Notes: generated from the sequence alone by a model not told the origin. A stretch of DNA of 63,982 bases, filler included, from Reticulomyxa filosa (GCA_000512085.1; 5 parts of 5 records of this genome joined end to end with filler, not necessarily neighbours in it), one strand, 5' to 3'. Positions 12,901 through 23,921 are shown, counted from the first letter of the whole stretch. Translations and numbers: made by a program.

Positions 12901-15505
12901 ATAGTAAGGAGAGAAGTTCTTTTTTTTTTTAGGAGGAAAAGATATATATGTATATACATATATATTCATATTTACATATTTCGTGTGTACAAATAGACTT
13001 TTGTCGAGCAGGAACCAATGGTGAAAACATATGCTATCCAAACGGAGATTGTAACAATGCGCAACAAAGATGTGATTGTGACTACGGGTATGCCGGTCCT
13101 TCGTGCAAAATCATCCCGTCGTTGACGTGGATAGGTGTGACGAGGAGAATGTTTGTCGTCAATGGTGTTACTCACGTGTGGCGCGCGGACCCCGACGACA
13201 AGTACAACAGTAGCAACAGCCAAAGTAATATTGTGACCACACCGATACGTGGCGTATACAGCATCACCAACTTAACCGTTGGGGATACTATTTCGCTTCG
13301 TTGGAATTCCACGGGCAACTTGCAGAGTTTGGCTGTGGGATTATGGAACCGAGATCCAGATTCATGGGTTCAGTATGCAGGAAGTGGGTTAGCCACCGAC
13401 AATCAAAACTGTACCGATCCATACTTACTTAAATTGGAATGTGACGATTATTCCTTCCAAATTCCTGCCGGTCTCATACCGGGCGAGTATCAAATTCTTG
13501 TGCGCTTTAACAATGAGCACACTATTTACTCCGAGGTGCTGAACATAACTTGCAGTGATGGCTTGTGCAATAGCACAGGGCATGGCCAGTGCTCCGCAAA
13601 CAAAACCGAATGTGACTGCTCCGACAATTGGTTTGGCTCTTCGTGTGGCTCCTACTTGTGCTCCCCTTGGTCCTTTGCCAAACAAGGCGGTGACGCTTAC
13701 AGTGATCCTGTCACTTTCCCACGATGTGTGAATCTGAACGTCAGCAACGCCTGTCTCCCAAGCGCAACTTCGACCGACAGTCTGTGCAAATGCAATGCGG
13801 ATTCCTTGCTCGCTTCTAAGGTAGCTCACTATGAAGGTACGTACTGTGAAGTCCCTATTGATGGATGTGGAGGACTCTCAACCTCCAGATGCACTGGTGA
13901 ATCCAATTATTGTGAATTGTCCGGTAGCTCATGCTTATACAAATATTGTGCTCAATTTGCTCAAGACCGCTGTGGCATGTTTTTTTTTTTAAAAAAAAAA
14001 GGAAAAATGATTTTCATGTATTTATCATTGCTGTTATTATTATTGTTAAATTGTTTATTATTATTATTTTGATTAGTAAAAAAAAAAAAAAAAAAAACAA
14101 AAACAGGAAATTATACCAAAGGAAGCAATCACACGTGGGATTGCAAATGGGACTCCGCAAACAGTGTTTGTATTCGAAAGACGTGTCCAATGCAAAGTAA
14201 CTATCCATGTGCCCGCGGCAGTGTGCGTAGACCTGTGTCTGATACGCACTCCATCTGTGACTATTGGTATTGTGACTGTTCTACCGCTGCCAATGCCTCC
14301 ACTGCTTATTACAAATCTCCAACTGCTTCCGAAATTGGAAGTGTCGACTTTACTTCCTTAACGCCTGGCTCGGCTGAGGCTTCCATGCTCACTTGCAACA
14401 TGTGCACGTTAAACTGCCAAAACGGAGGCTCTCAAGGTTATTTTTTTTTTTCATGTATATGTAAATGTATTTAAAAAAGAAAATTAAATCAACATTAACA
14501 TATATATATAACTGTTACCAACATATATTTAAAAAACTTTGACAAAGATCCTTATTGCACCTCATGTGGAGACTGTCCATCTCCGTGGGGAGGAGTCCAA
14601 TGTGACAAAAAGTATTGGGTGATTTCGATGCGATTGAAAGTGGACTGGCAAACAGCGTATGCGTACAAAGCAGAGGAATTTGCGTCATTGTTCGAGGAAG
14701 ATATGGCCTTTGTAATAAACGTTAGTCCATCACGTTTGGAGATATGGCAATTGAAGGGAGACAATGGTGGCACCATTGTGTATTGGAAATACATATTCTC
14801 TTCGGGCGACGACACCGAAGCACAAGCTGAGGGAGGAAACATTTTCATCGGATTGCAAAAGATGGTAGCCAAAAACGGAAGTCCAGTATACCGTGGTTGG
14901 ATTACAAACGAAACCGACAGCAAATATACATTAGAATATTGTGTGCCGAGCAAAGAGAATGTGATCCTAATCAACAATTTCACTACACGGAATTTTTCAT
15001 CATTAGTATCTGTGTGTCCTTTGCTTTCCATCTCCTTGCGCTTGCAGTGTATCGCTTTACCACCAGAAAAAAACGAAGAGAGAGATATGAGGCCAAACTA
15101 CGAGAGGTCCGAGAGCATCAAAAACGAACAATGGAACAGCATGCACGTGCACGTCGTGTTGGGTTGAAAGATGTCAGCAAATCAAGAGCTAGTCAAATTC
15201 ATCAAGCCAAACAAGAAAAAAAAAAGCTGGAGGAGAAAGAATTGAAAGATCGTGAAAAAGAAATTGAACGACGACTTTCTGTACAAAAACATCAACCAAA
15301 ACCATCCTCTGAACAATTGGCACAAAGACGTAGCAGCCATGTTGACTCAGTTTCACATGAAAGTGCTCATGCCCAACCTCCCCCTCCTGTGAATCCAGGA
15401 GCTGGTTTGCCAGAAGGCTGGCAGGTATTTTACAACGAAAATGGAATTCCATATTATTACAACGTTCATACTGGAATCACATCGTGGAGACATCCTAATT
15501 CATGA
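9983..15505 (+). CDS. ADAM/ADAMTS-like reprolysin (M12B) metalloprotease: signal peptide, prodomain, protease, disintegrin, Cys-rich, TSP1, EGF-like repeats, TM, cytoplasmic WW domain
   Basis: Signal peptide MQSLVILFSLIC; Cys-switch-like HTCGHDH; RRR site before YVELLVVND; zinc motif HEMGHNWKMSHD plus Met-turn YIMS; disintegrin CGNGFVEQGESCDCG; TSP1 WTAGKWDECSQAC..GTQNRTVSC; EGF CDCDYGYAGPSC; TM FFIISICVSFAFHLLALAVY; WW LPEGWQVFYNENGIPYYYNVHTGITSWRHP. Frameshift near 14950. Confidence 0.9.
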
Positions 15506-16137
15506 AAAGTGTAAGAAAAGTTTTTTTCCTATTTTGAATGTTCCCTTCTTTTGAGCTTTTTACCTAACTTCCCAAAAACTCATGAAAAAAAAAAATAACA
15601 TATTTTTCTTTTGCAAAATGCAACCTGTTTAAAACTTTTGTTTTCTTTGATCGCTTGCAATTGGTTGATGTACATTTGATTATGGAAAAAACAAATTATG
15701 CAACTATTGTTTGTTACGTCCTTTTGTTCAATCTGGTTAGTTTTTTCTTTACACAAGCGACGTTTTCTCTTTTTTTTGCAAGTCTTGTTTCAAATTAATT
15801 TTTGTGGCTTGTTCGAACGTTCTATGAACTTTGATTGCTTGTTTTTTTCCTCTTTCGTCGAATATTAGCCCCGATTTCGGTTTTGTGTTAGCAATTGATG
15901 GTTTTTCTCACAAATAAACTTTAGAAAGAGTTTCTATTTTGTAAGTTTCGAGGTTATTTATGCATAAACTGCCATGAGAGGTAAAGAATGGGTGTATGAT
16001 TTTTAAAAAACAACGAGAAAGCAACAAAAGTTGCAAATAGAAATAAGTGATACAGTTTTTTTATAGTGTTTTTCTTTTTTTAATTCAAATTTCTTCAAAA
16101 AATTTTGGGTACGTTTAAACTTTTTTCGAAAGAAGAA

Positions 16138-17617
16138 ATGAGTGACATGTTTGATCCTTTGATAGGAGAGAAAGTATTGGTTTTCTACGAAAGGACTCAT
16201 TCTCATTACGAAGCGAAAGTTTGGTTTGTTCAAGCTATTGTTTTACCCTCAACTTAGAAAAGAGTGCGACAAAACAGGTTCTTAAGAAAAAGACGAACGA
16301 ATCCGAAAAAAAGGAATATTTAATTCACTATAACGGGTGGAATAAGAGATGGGATGAATGGGTTACAGTTGACCGTTTGTTGGAATTGACCGACAACAAT
16401 GTAAAAATGTATGTTGCCATTACAACTGAAACGATGAAGCGAAGCAAAAACAAAAGGGTGCAAAACAAGAATGGAGGCGAAAATATGAAGCGAAGAAAGA
16501 GAAGTTTGAATGAAATGGAAGACCATATACAAAGAGATGAAGAAAGCAATAGGAGCAAGCGCAGCAAATCAATCAATTGCCCGACAAATAACAATCAAAT
16601 AAACTTTTATAATTTGCAAACAAATGATCGATTGAAGGATAAAATATCCTGTGAACAAGAAGAAACAAAAGCTGTTTGTTGTAAAAAAAATCAGAGTCCA
16701 ATTCATATTCACATACCAGAAGAACTTAAAAAGAGGTTGATTGTCGATTGGGAAAATATCACCAAACACCAAAAAGTTTTGGGTTCACCCCTTTTTTTTT
16801 TAAAATAATCCTTCGAAACATAGTAAAAACATCAACTCTAAAATCATTTCCAAAAAAAAAAAAAGGAGAGAGGAGTCCCAATAAATACACCTTTTGCATT
16901 CAATATGTTAAATATGTACAGTTGATGAAATTACCCCGAGAAAATGGTCAGCGAGTGATCGATATCCTCGATGACTATGGTCAGCTTTGGAATAAGAATG
17001 AGACGTATTTTCGTGTTGTCAAAGGGCTCTTACACGAGCTAAGGGATTACTTCGATCAGGCCTTGGAGACTACGTTGCTATACAAGTTTGAGCGTCCATT
17101 GCACCACTACGTGCTTCGACAATATCGTCATTTGGCCATGTCACAAATATACGGAGTGGAACATTTATGCCGATTTTTTGGTATGTTTATGTCCAACATT
17201 TTTTATGTACAACTTTTTCTTTTGATTTTTTAGAGTGACTCTTTTTTGTGCCTCTTTTCCCTTCTACTTTCGTTTCAAATTATCTTGCATTTTGTCAGCG
17301 TGACATATCAAATAGTGAAGCTTCCAGAATTATTAAATTCTCACGAATTGGACCATCGAATACGTGCAATTGTTGAAGATCAAATTAAACAGCTTATTAC
17401 GTTTCGCTTAAAAAAAACAAATTATATTCGTATCTATTACTCGCTTAAGCGACAAATTTTAAAAAAAGAATTTGTACCTTAATTTTTTTAACAAAACAGC
17501 TTAATACTAGATAACAAGGAAAAGTACTTCGTCAAAACGTACCAAAAACCAGATGATGAATATCTCAGAAAAGTCGATAATATGGAACTAAAGTTTACTC
17601 AGGTTAATTCAGTGTAA
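16138..17617 (+). CDS. EAF3: MRG15/Eaf3-family chromatin protein (chromo-barrel + MRG domain)
   Basis: YEAK|VL..EYLIHYNGWNKRWDEWV chromo-barrel; IPEELKKRLIVDWENIT, YFDQALETTLLYKFER, SQIYGVEHLCRFF|VKLPELL MRG motifs across GT-AG introns. Confidence 0.9.
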
Positions 17618-18662
17618 ATTGATTAGATTGATTTTAGAAAATAGGTCCAACATTGTTTTTACAAAATTTTGCAATTTTATCAAAATATTTATTACTTAAT
17701 GTTATTTGAAACAAATTTTGAAAACTAGGCATATCCAACAGTTTTTTAAACAAAAAAGTTTAGGAATAATGCGCCCATTTTTTCATTCGAGGTACATTTC
17801 ACATCAACAGCGATGTCCCAATTTTCTATTACAATGCTTTTTTTTTTCTTTTATCTTTCCACGTTAATTACAATCTAACAAAATGTAATTATTTCGCAAG
17901 ACAGAAGTAGGAAAAACTGAATTTATGAATAGTATAGGACAATTTGTTTTCTTTCTTTTCACAAGGTGGCACACAAAGTTTAATCTGAATCATTCCTATG
18001 ACAAAAGCGTTTTCTTTTTGGAATTATTTTGCAAATCATCTTTGTGTCCATTGGAATTACACAAGCACGAACTTTTCTTATAGAAAAGTTGAAACAACAA
18101 GACGAAAGATAGTCTTAAGATGAAACTGCGATGGCATTCAGACGAGTTACATGGCCGATGTGAAATACTTGTCAGATATTACATGAATATAAGAGTAAGT
18201 TGATTACTATAGCTAATTAATAAAAAAAGTGACTAGATTCGCCAAGATATCAATCATAAATATAGAAAGCAGTGATTTGAGATTATGTGTATTTCAAGTA
18301 GCATCTAAATCAAAGTAAAGATAGCATTAGCATGCAATTGATTGAAATGAAATAGAAAATTCTGAATTGACACTATGTTTATCTTTAATTGATTTGATGT
18401 TAGTTGTCCCGCAACGACAAGAGACATCAGTGGAAAATATCAAGTGAATCAAAGAAAAAAATAGAAAATAAAAGAAAAAAAATTGTATTTGAATGAGATA
18501 AAAAAGTAACATGATTTCAACAAATGAATATTATTGGAAAGGTATTGTCGTTGAAAATATTACATACTGGTAATCCAAAAATCAATTATCTTTTAAATTT
18601 TGAAATTTTCAACTCAAAAATATTTACAATGATTTTATTTTTAATAAAAACTATGAACAAAA

Positions 18663-21600
18663 TCAAAATTTTCCATTGCGTTGTTCTACAAGTAATTTCT
18701 GTTGAGATGTCAAGCCGTTTGTGTTCTTCCACACACTGTCTTTCATTGATAATCCATAACGTTGAACACCAACTTGCCAGATACATTTCACAAAACTAGT
18801 ATCAGTTATATCAATAATTTTACTGTTACCACTACCCCATAATCGAATAGTTCTATCTTCTGAGCATGATACTATTTTCGAGCCATCTGGAGATAATTGC
18901 ATTCCAAATATACGTCCACTATGCCCTTCCAATGAGTGAATTTGTCGCCCTGAAGAGGCATCCCATATTCGAATTGTTTTGTCGTCAGAATAAGAGAAAA
19001 TTTTGGAGCAATCAGATGAAAATTGTGCCTCCAATACGTGACCTGGATTTAATGATTGCAACAGTTTTCCAGAGGAAACATCCCACAATCGGACTGTATT
19101 GTCCCACGAATTCGATACAATCTTGGAACCATCTGAAGAAAAATACGCTTTCCTTACCCAATTGGAATGGCCTTCGAGTAATAGAAGTTGCTTTCCAGAT
19201 GATATGTCCCATAATCGAATAGTTTTATCATATGAACATGACATAAGTTTATATCCATCTGGTGAAAATTGCACGCTTGTTATATCGCCTATGTGTCCCT
19301 CAAATGACTGAATTTGTTTGCCAGAAAACACGTCCCACAATCTAATTGTTGTATCTCGAGAACAAGAGGCAATTTTGGAACAATCAGGTGAAAATTGCAC
19401 TCCTAAGACCCAAGAGGAATGCCCTTCTAATAGTTGGAGTTGTTTTCCTGATAATATGTCCCATATTCGAATGGTGTTATCATTTGAACATGAAACAATT
19501 TTGGAGCCATCTGGTGACGATTGAACGTAATTTATAATATTTGAATGCCCTTCTAATACGTGAAGTTGTTTTCCAGACAATGTATCCCATATCCGGATGG
19601 TTTTATCACCATAAGAATATGATATAATCTTAGAAGAATCTAATGAAAACTGTACACCATTAACACGATCAAAATGACCTTCAAATGTTTGTATTAGTCT
19701 CCCAGACAATACATTCCACAGCCGAATGGTTTTATCCCATGAAGAGGACACAATTTTAGAACCATCCGCTGAAAACTGTACTCCTGTTACAGTATCTAAA
19801 TGACCTTCTGTTAGCTGGATTTTTCTTTCTAAGGTCAAGTCCCATATTCGAATTTTTCCATCATTCGAATATGACAAAATTTTGGGATCCTTGGGAAAAA
19901 ATTGCACACCAGCTACAGTAAATAAATGTCCTTCTAATACTTGGAGTTGCTTTCCAGACGACACATCCCATATTCGAATTGTCCTATCCCGTGAACCGGA
20001 TACAATTCTGGAACCGTCGGGTGAAAACTTTGCCGCCGACACACTGTCTGAATGCCCTTCTAAAATTTGGATTTGTTTTCCAGACAACAAGTCCCATATA
20101 CGAATTGTTTTATCATCTGAGCATGACAAGAGCTTTGAGTTTTCTGGTAATAATTGAATAGCTTTTATACGCCCTGAATGGCCTTCCAATATTTGAATTT
20201 GTCGACCTGATAATACATCCCATATTCGAATGATTTTATCTTCTGAGTATGATATAATCATTGACCCATTTGATGAAAATAGCGCGTCAGTTATCACGTC
20301 TAAATGTCCCTCCAAAATTTGAATTTGTTCCCCAGAAAATGCATTCCATATTCGAATTGTCTTATCCCATGAACATGATACAATTTTGGAATCATCAGGA
20401 GAAAATCGTACTGTTTGGACAATCCCTGAATGTCCTTCCAATATTTGCACTCTTTTTCCAGATAATACATCCCATATTCGGATAGTCTTATCTTGTGAAC
20501 ATGACACAATTTTAGCTCCATTATGTGAAAACTGGGCTACTTTTACAGAGCCAGAATGTTCTTTCCATATTTGGATTTGCTGGCCTGATGATACATTCCA
20601 CATTCGAAGCGTTTTGTCACGTGAACATGAAACAATTTTTGATCCGTCTGGTGAAAATTGCACTGTGTTAACCTCAGCCGTGTGTCCTTCCAATAATTGG
20701 AGCTGTCTTCCTGAAGATGCATCCCATATTCGAATAGTTTTATCTCGCGAACATGAGACAATTTTTGTTCCATCGGGCGAAAATTGGACTTCTAATATAT
20801 CATTTAAATGACCTTCCAAAGCCGCATATTCTCCAAAATAAATTCCGTTCATTGATGCATTTGTGAAATTGGTCTTGTTTAAAAAGGCTTGATAAAAACT
20901 GACACCATTCAAATTAGCATGATTAAAGTTAGTTCCTTCAAGAAAAGCATGGTCTAGAATTGCATAAGGGATTTTGATATTACTCCAATTTTGGTAATGC
21001 ATATTCACATTTGCCAAATTGAGTATTGTGATTGCATTTGCCGCTGCAATACTAACATCTTCATTACTCTTTGATGCTTCAATGATTCGGAACAATCGGG
21101 ATTTCAAATCTGCGAATATTGGATTTATATCGTGGATCCTATCTGCAATAAATTGAATAATCCCCAGCTCTTCATTTAGTAATTTATAATTGATAGATAA
21201 CTTTTGAATGTGTGTTTCAAATTGTTGTTGGAATTGTTGATTATCCATATCAATAACATTAACGATATTGGGTTTCCATGAAAGGATATCAAATATGATT
21301 TTTTGTGCAGCAAAATATTCTTGACAGGACTTGTGTAAAAATTGATATTTATTATCGCCAACTCTTCTTAATACATATTTTGCAACACTATCTCCTTTGA
21401 AAAATTGTTTCCAGGCATCATCTGCTTTCAAAGGAATAGAGCCATTTTCATTCATCACTTTTGTTTCTACTTTTTCATCTGTGTTGTTTTCTCCAGTTCT
21501 TTTCGACATATATTTAGCTATGCTGTCGCCATAAAAATACCTTTTCCAAGACCCTTTAGTCTTTGCAGTAGGAGACTCAATTTCATTTATTTTTGTATCT

Positions 21601-23921
21601 ATATTTCCGTCTATACTTTCTATATTTTTCATATACTTCTCCCTGTGTGAGATGTTCATAATTTCATCGTATTCATGTTGTATATCATCATTTTCAGTTG
21701 CAATTTGAGTTCCTTGAATAAACATTTGAAAACCTAAATCATGACAATATTGTTGAAATGCTGACTTAATTTTGTTTGGATTTGTTTGTATTCTTAATTC
21801 TGCCAATTTATTAGAAATATTTTGAACATGAAAATCAATCCATTGTTGATTAAATGCTTCATATACTTGAACTTTTGATATATTAGTTCCAATAGAATGT
21901 TGTTTCATTAATGAAGGTAATACAGTTAATATTAAGCGAAGTAAAAAAGGTTCTTCCATCATTTTATGTAGATTTGGATAATTTTGTAATGTTTCTTCAT
22001 ATTGTTGTGGAGTCCAATTAGAATAATGACATATTTGATTTTTGTGATTAATTTGAACAAATTTATGAATATATCCACGCATTTGTTCTTTTGAGAATGG
22101 CCATAAATATGTCATTGTTGTTTTTATAAAATGATTATTGGAATTAAAAAAAATTTGTTGAATATGTTGATCATTTAATACATGACTTCTACAACTTATA
22201 ATAATATTTGCATTCCATTGATTTAAATTAAAACGATCATAAAAATATTTTTGAATATGATTATATTTATAATATTTATCAAATATTTCATCAAATCCAT
22301 CTAAAATAAAAATAAAAGAAATATTTTTACGAATAATATCTATAATTTCTTTATTAATTTGTTTAATTTGTAAAGCTTGAGAAATTAATTGTGTTTCATT
22401 AATTGGATTATAAAATTTAGATAATGAAATATAAATAGGAATTGATATTAAAGAATGATTAATATATGATTCCCATAATATTTCTTCTAAATGACGACAA
22501 AATAAACTTTTTCCTGATCCTGATTTACCTTGTAATATAATTATTTGTTGTTCATTTTTTTTTTCTTCTGATAATAAATCAATTATATATTGATGACAAT
22601 CATATGATTTATTATCATTATTATCATTATTATCATTATCTAATAATTGATAATTATTTGCTTGTAATGGAATATATGTTTCAAGAGCTTGTAATATTGT
22701 TATATCTTCTTCTAATTCTTTTTTTCTTGATTCTTTTAATATAGATATTATATCATAACAACTTGCTGGATTCATTTCACCAATAATATATTTTTTAAAA
22801 TATTCAAATAAAATAACATAAATAGCTTTTCCTTTAATTTGTTTTGGATTAAAATTACAAAGTTGATTATAAATAAATTGTATTAATTTTAAATAAATAT
22901 TATTATTATTATTTAAATTTATATCTTCTTCTTTTATATCTTTTAATTGTAATGGTTTTAATATTTTAATTTCTGAATGTGATTTATAATTATTAGAAAT
23001 TTTTTGTATTTCTTTTATATCAATCCATTCACAAATAATATCATTAATTTTATTTAATGTTTGATTACTATATTGTTTTAATTCTTCTTCTAATATATTA
23101 TTTGATTTCCATGATCTAATATATTCATAAAATAAATGACTTAATTTTGGATTTTCAATTATTGTATATCCTTCTAATGTTGTATAATTTTTTAATGTTG
23201 CTTGCATTTCAATATAAACATCATATTTTTTAATATATAATTTTATATTATGAAATCTATGATGTGTTTTTGATAATTTATTAAAATAATCTTTATCTTC
23301 TGATACTATTAAATTAAATTGTTCTGCTTTTTTCATTACAGCTACTGCTGTTTGTAATTTAGTTGAATTATCACATAAAATTGTAAATCTTCCTATATCA
23401 AATGCTTCATTAAAATCACCATCATAATCTAATCTAATTTTTTCTAATAATCTTTCATTACCTTTTACATTTTCTGGTTTAACAACTGTTATTTCATATT
23501 TTTGTAATTCTATTATTAAATTTTTTATTTCTATACTATTCATTGCTTTTTCACTTCTTTCTCTTAAATCTTCTATACTTTTTGCATGTTGTTTAATCTT
23601 ATTTGCTTTTAATTCATATATTATTCCTTCTTTTATTGAATATATACTTTCATAATTATTATCTTTTATTGTTTTTATATCATTATTTATATTAATTGAA
23701 TATTCTGAATTATAAAACATTGCTTTTATAATATATGTTACTGTTTCTTTTTTACAATCTGGACAATTCAATGATGTCTTATCTGATATAAATCTTATAT
23801 TCTCAAATCCAATATTCACCCATACTGCTAATTTTGCCTTTGATGCCAAACAGCTTTCATTACTGCAATATCCCTGCAAATTAATTCCTGGTTTTATCTC
23901 TCCAATTTCTGTTTTCTCCAT
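18663..23921 (-). CDS. NLR-like STAND protein: C4 Zn-like domain, RelA/SpoT-like nucleotidyltransferase, NACHT NTPase, pentapeptide repeats, 16 WD40 repeats
   Basis: 1752-aa uninterrupted ORF. CSNESC..CPDC; VKGNERLLEK..YDGD..FDIGRFTI..DKDYF..HHRFHN..IEMQAT..SHLFYEYIR; Walker A GKSGSGKS (~22506-22529); Walker B FILDGFDE; sensor IISCR; FLHKSCQEYFAA; AFLEG/TNFNH/ANLNG pentapeptides; 16 ~42-aa GH..WD repeats. Confidence 0.92.
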   Translation of the reverse strand: MEKTEIGEIKPGINLQGYCSNESCLASKAKLAVWVNIGFENIRFISDKTSLNCPDCKKETVTYIIKAMFYNSEYSININNDIKTIKDNNYESIYSIKEGIIYELKANKIKQHAKSIEDLRERSEKAMNSIEIKNLIIELQKYEITVVKPENVKGNERLLEKIRLDYDGDFNEAFDIGRFTILCDNSTKLQTAVAVMKKAEQFNLIVSEDKDYFNKLSKTHHRFHNIKLYIKKYDVYIEMQATLKNYTTLEGYTIIENPKLSHLFYEYIRSWKSNNILEEELKQYSNQTLNKINDIICEWIDIKEIQKISNNYKSHSEIKILKPLQLKDIKEEDINLNNNNNIYLKLIQFIYNQLCNFNPKQIKGKAIYVILFEYFKKYIIGEMNPASCYDIISILKESRKKELEEDITILQALETYIPLQANNYQLLDNDNNDNNDNKSYDCHQYIIDLLSEEKKNEQQIIILQGKSGSGKSLFCRHLEEILWESYINHSLISIPIYISLSKFYNPINETQLISQALQIKQINKEIIDIIRKNISFIFILDGFDEIFDKYYKYNHIQKYFYDRFNLNQWNANIIISCRSHVLNDQHIQQIFFNSNNHFIKTTMTYLWPFSKEQMRGYIHKFVQINHKNQICHYSNWTPQQYEETLQNYPNLHKMMEEPFLLRLILTVLPSLMKQHSIGTNISKVQVYEAFNQQWIDFHVQNISNKLAELRIQTNPNKIKSAFQQYCHDLGFQMFIQGTQIATENDDIQHEYDEIMNISHREKYMKNIESIDGNIDTKINEIESPTAKTKGSWKRYFYGDSIAKYMSKRTGENNTDEKVETKVMNENGSIPLKADDAWKQFFKGDSVAKYVLRRVGDNKYQFLHKSCQEYFAAQKIIFDILSWKPNIVNVIDMDNQQFQQQFETHIQKLSINYKLLNEELGIIQFIADRIHDINPIFADLKSRLFRIIEASKSNEDVSIAAANAITILNLANVNMHYQNWSNIKIPYAILDHAFLEGTNFNHANLNGVSFYQAFLNKTNFTNASMNGIYFGEYAALEGHLNDILEVQFSPDGTKIVSCSRDKTIRIWDASSGRQLQLLEGHTAEVNTVQFSPDGSKIVSCSRDKTLRMWNVSSGQQIQIWKEHSGSVKVAQFSHNGAKIVSCSQDKTIRIWDVLSGKRVQILEGHSGIVQTVRFSPDDSKIVSCSWDKTIRIWNAFSGEQIQILEGHLDVITDALFSSNGSMIISYSEDKIIRIWDVLSGRQIQILEGHSGRIKAIQLLPENSKLLSCSDDKTIRIWDLLSGKQIQILEGHSDSVSAAKFSPDGSRIVSGSRDRTIRIWDVSSGKQLQVLEGHLFTVAGVQFFPKDPKILSYSNDGKIRIWDLTLERKIQLTEGHLDTVTGVQFSADGSKIVSSSWDKTIRLWNVLSGRLIQTFEGHFDRVNGVQFSLDSSKIISYSYGDKTIRIWDTLSGKQLHVLEGHSNIINYVQSSPDGSKIVSCSNDNTIRIWDILSGKQLQLLEGHSSWVLGVQFSPDCSKIASCSRDTTIRLWDVFSGKQIQSFEGHIGDITSVQFSPDGYKLMSCSYDKTIRLWDISSGKQLLLLEGHSNWVRKAYFSSDGSKIVSNSWDNTVRLWDVSSGKLLQSLNPGHVLEAQFSSDCSKIFSYSDDKTIRIWDASSGRQIHSLEGHSGRIFGMQLSPDGSKIVSCSEDRTIRLWGSGNSKIIDITDTSFVKCIWQVGVQRYGLSMKDSVWKNTNGLTSQQKLLVEQRNGKF
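18835..20815 (-). repeat. Tandem array of 16 WD40 units (~126 bp each)
   Basis: Recurrent plus-strand TCCCATATTCGAAT and TGAAAATTGCAC motifs at ~126-bp spacing; 16 units counted in translation. Confidence 0.9.

Noticed and set aside
18866-20811. Plus-strand ORFs with repeated SHIRIVLS motifs
   Set aside because: Antisense shadows of the WD40 array.
18835-20815. Regular ~126-bp periodicity as a CRISPR-like array
   Set aside because: In-frame protein-coding WD40 repeats, with no constant repeat/unique spacer structure and no cas genes; eukaryotic context.
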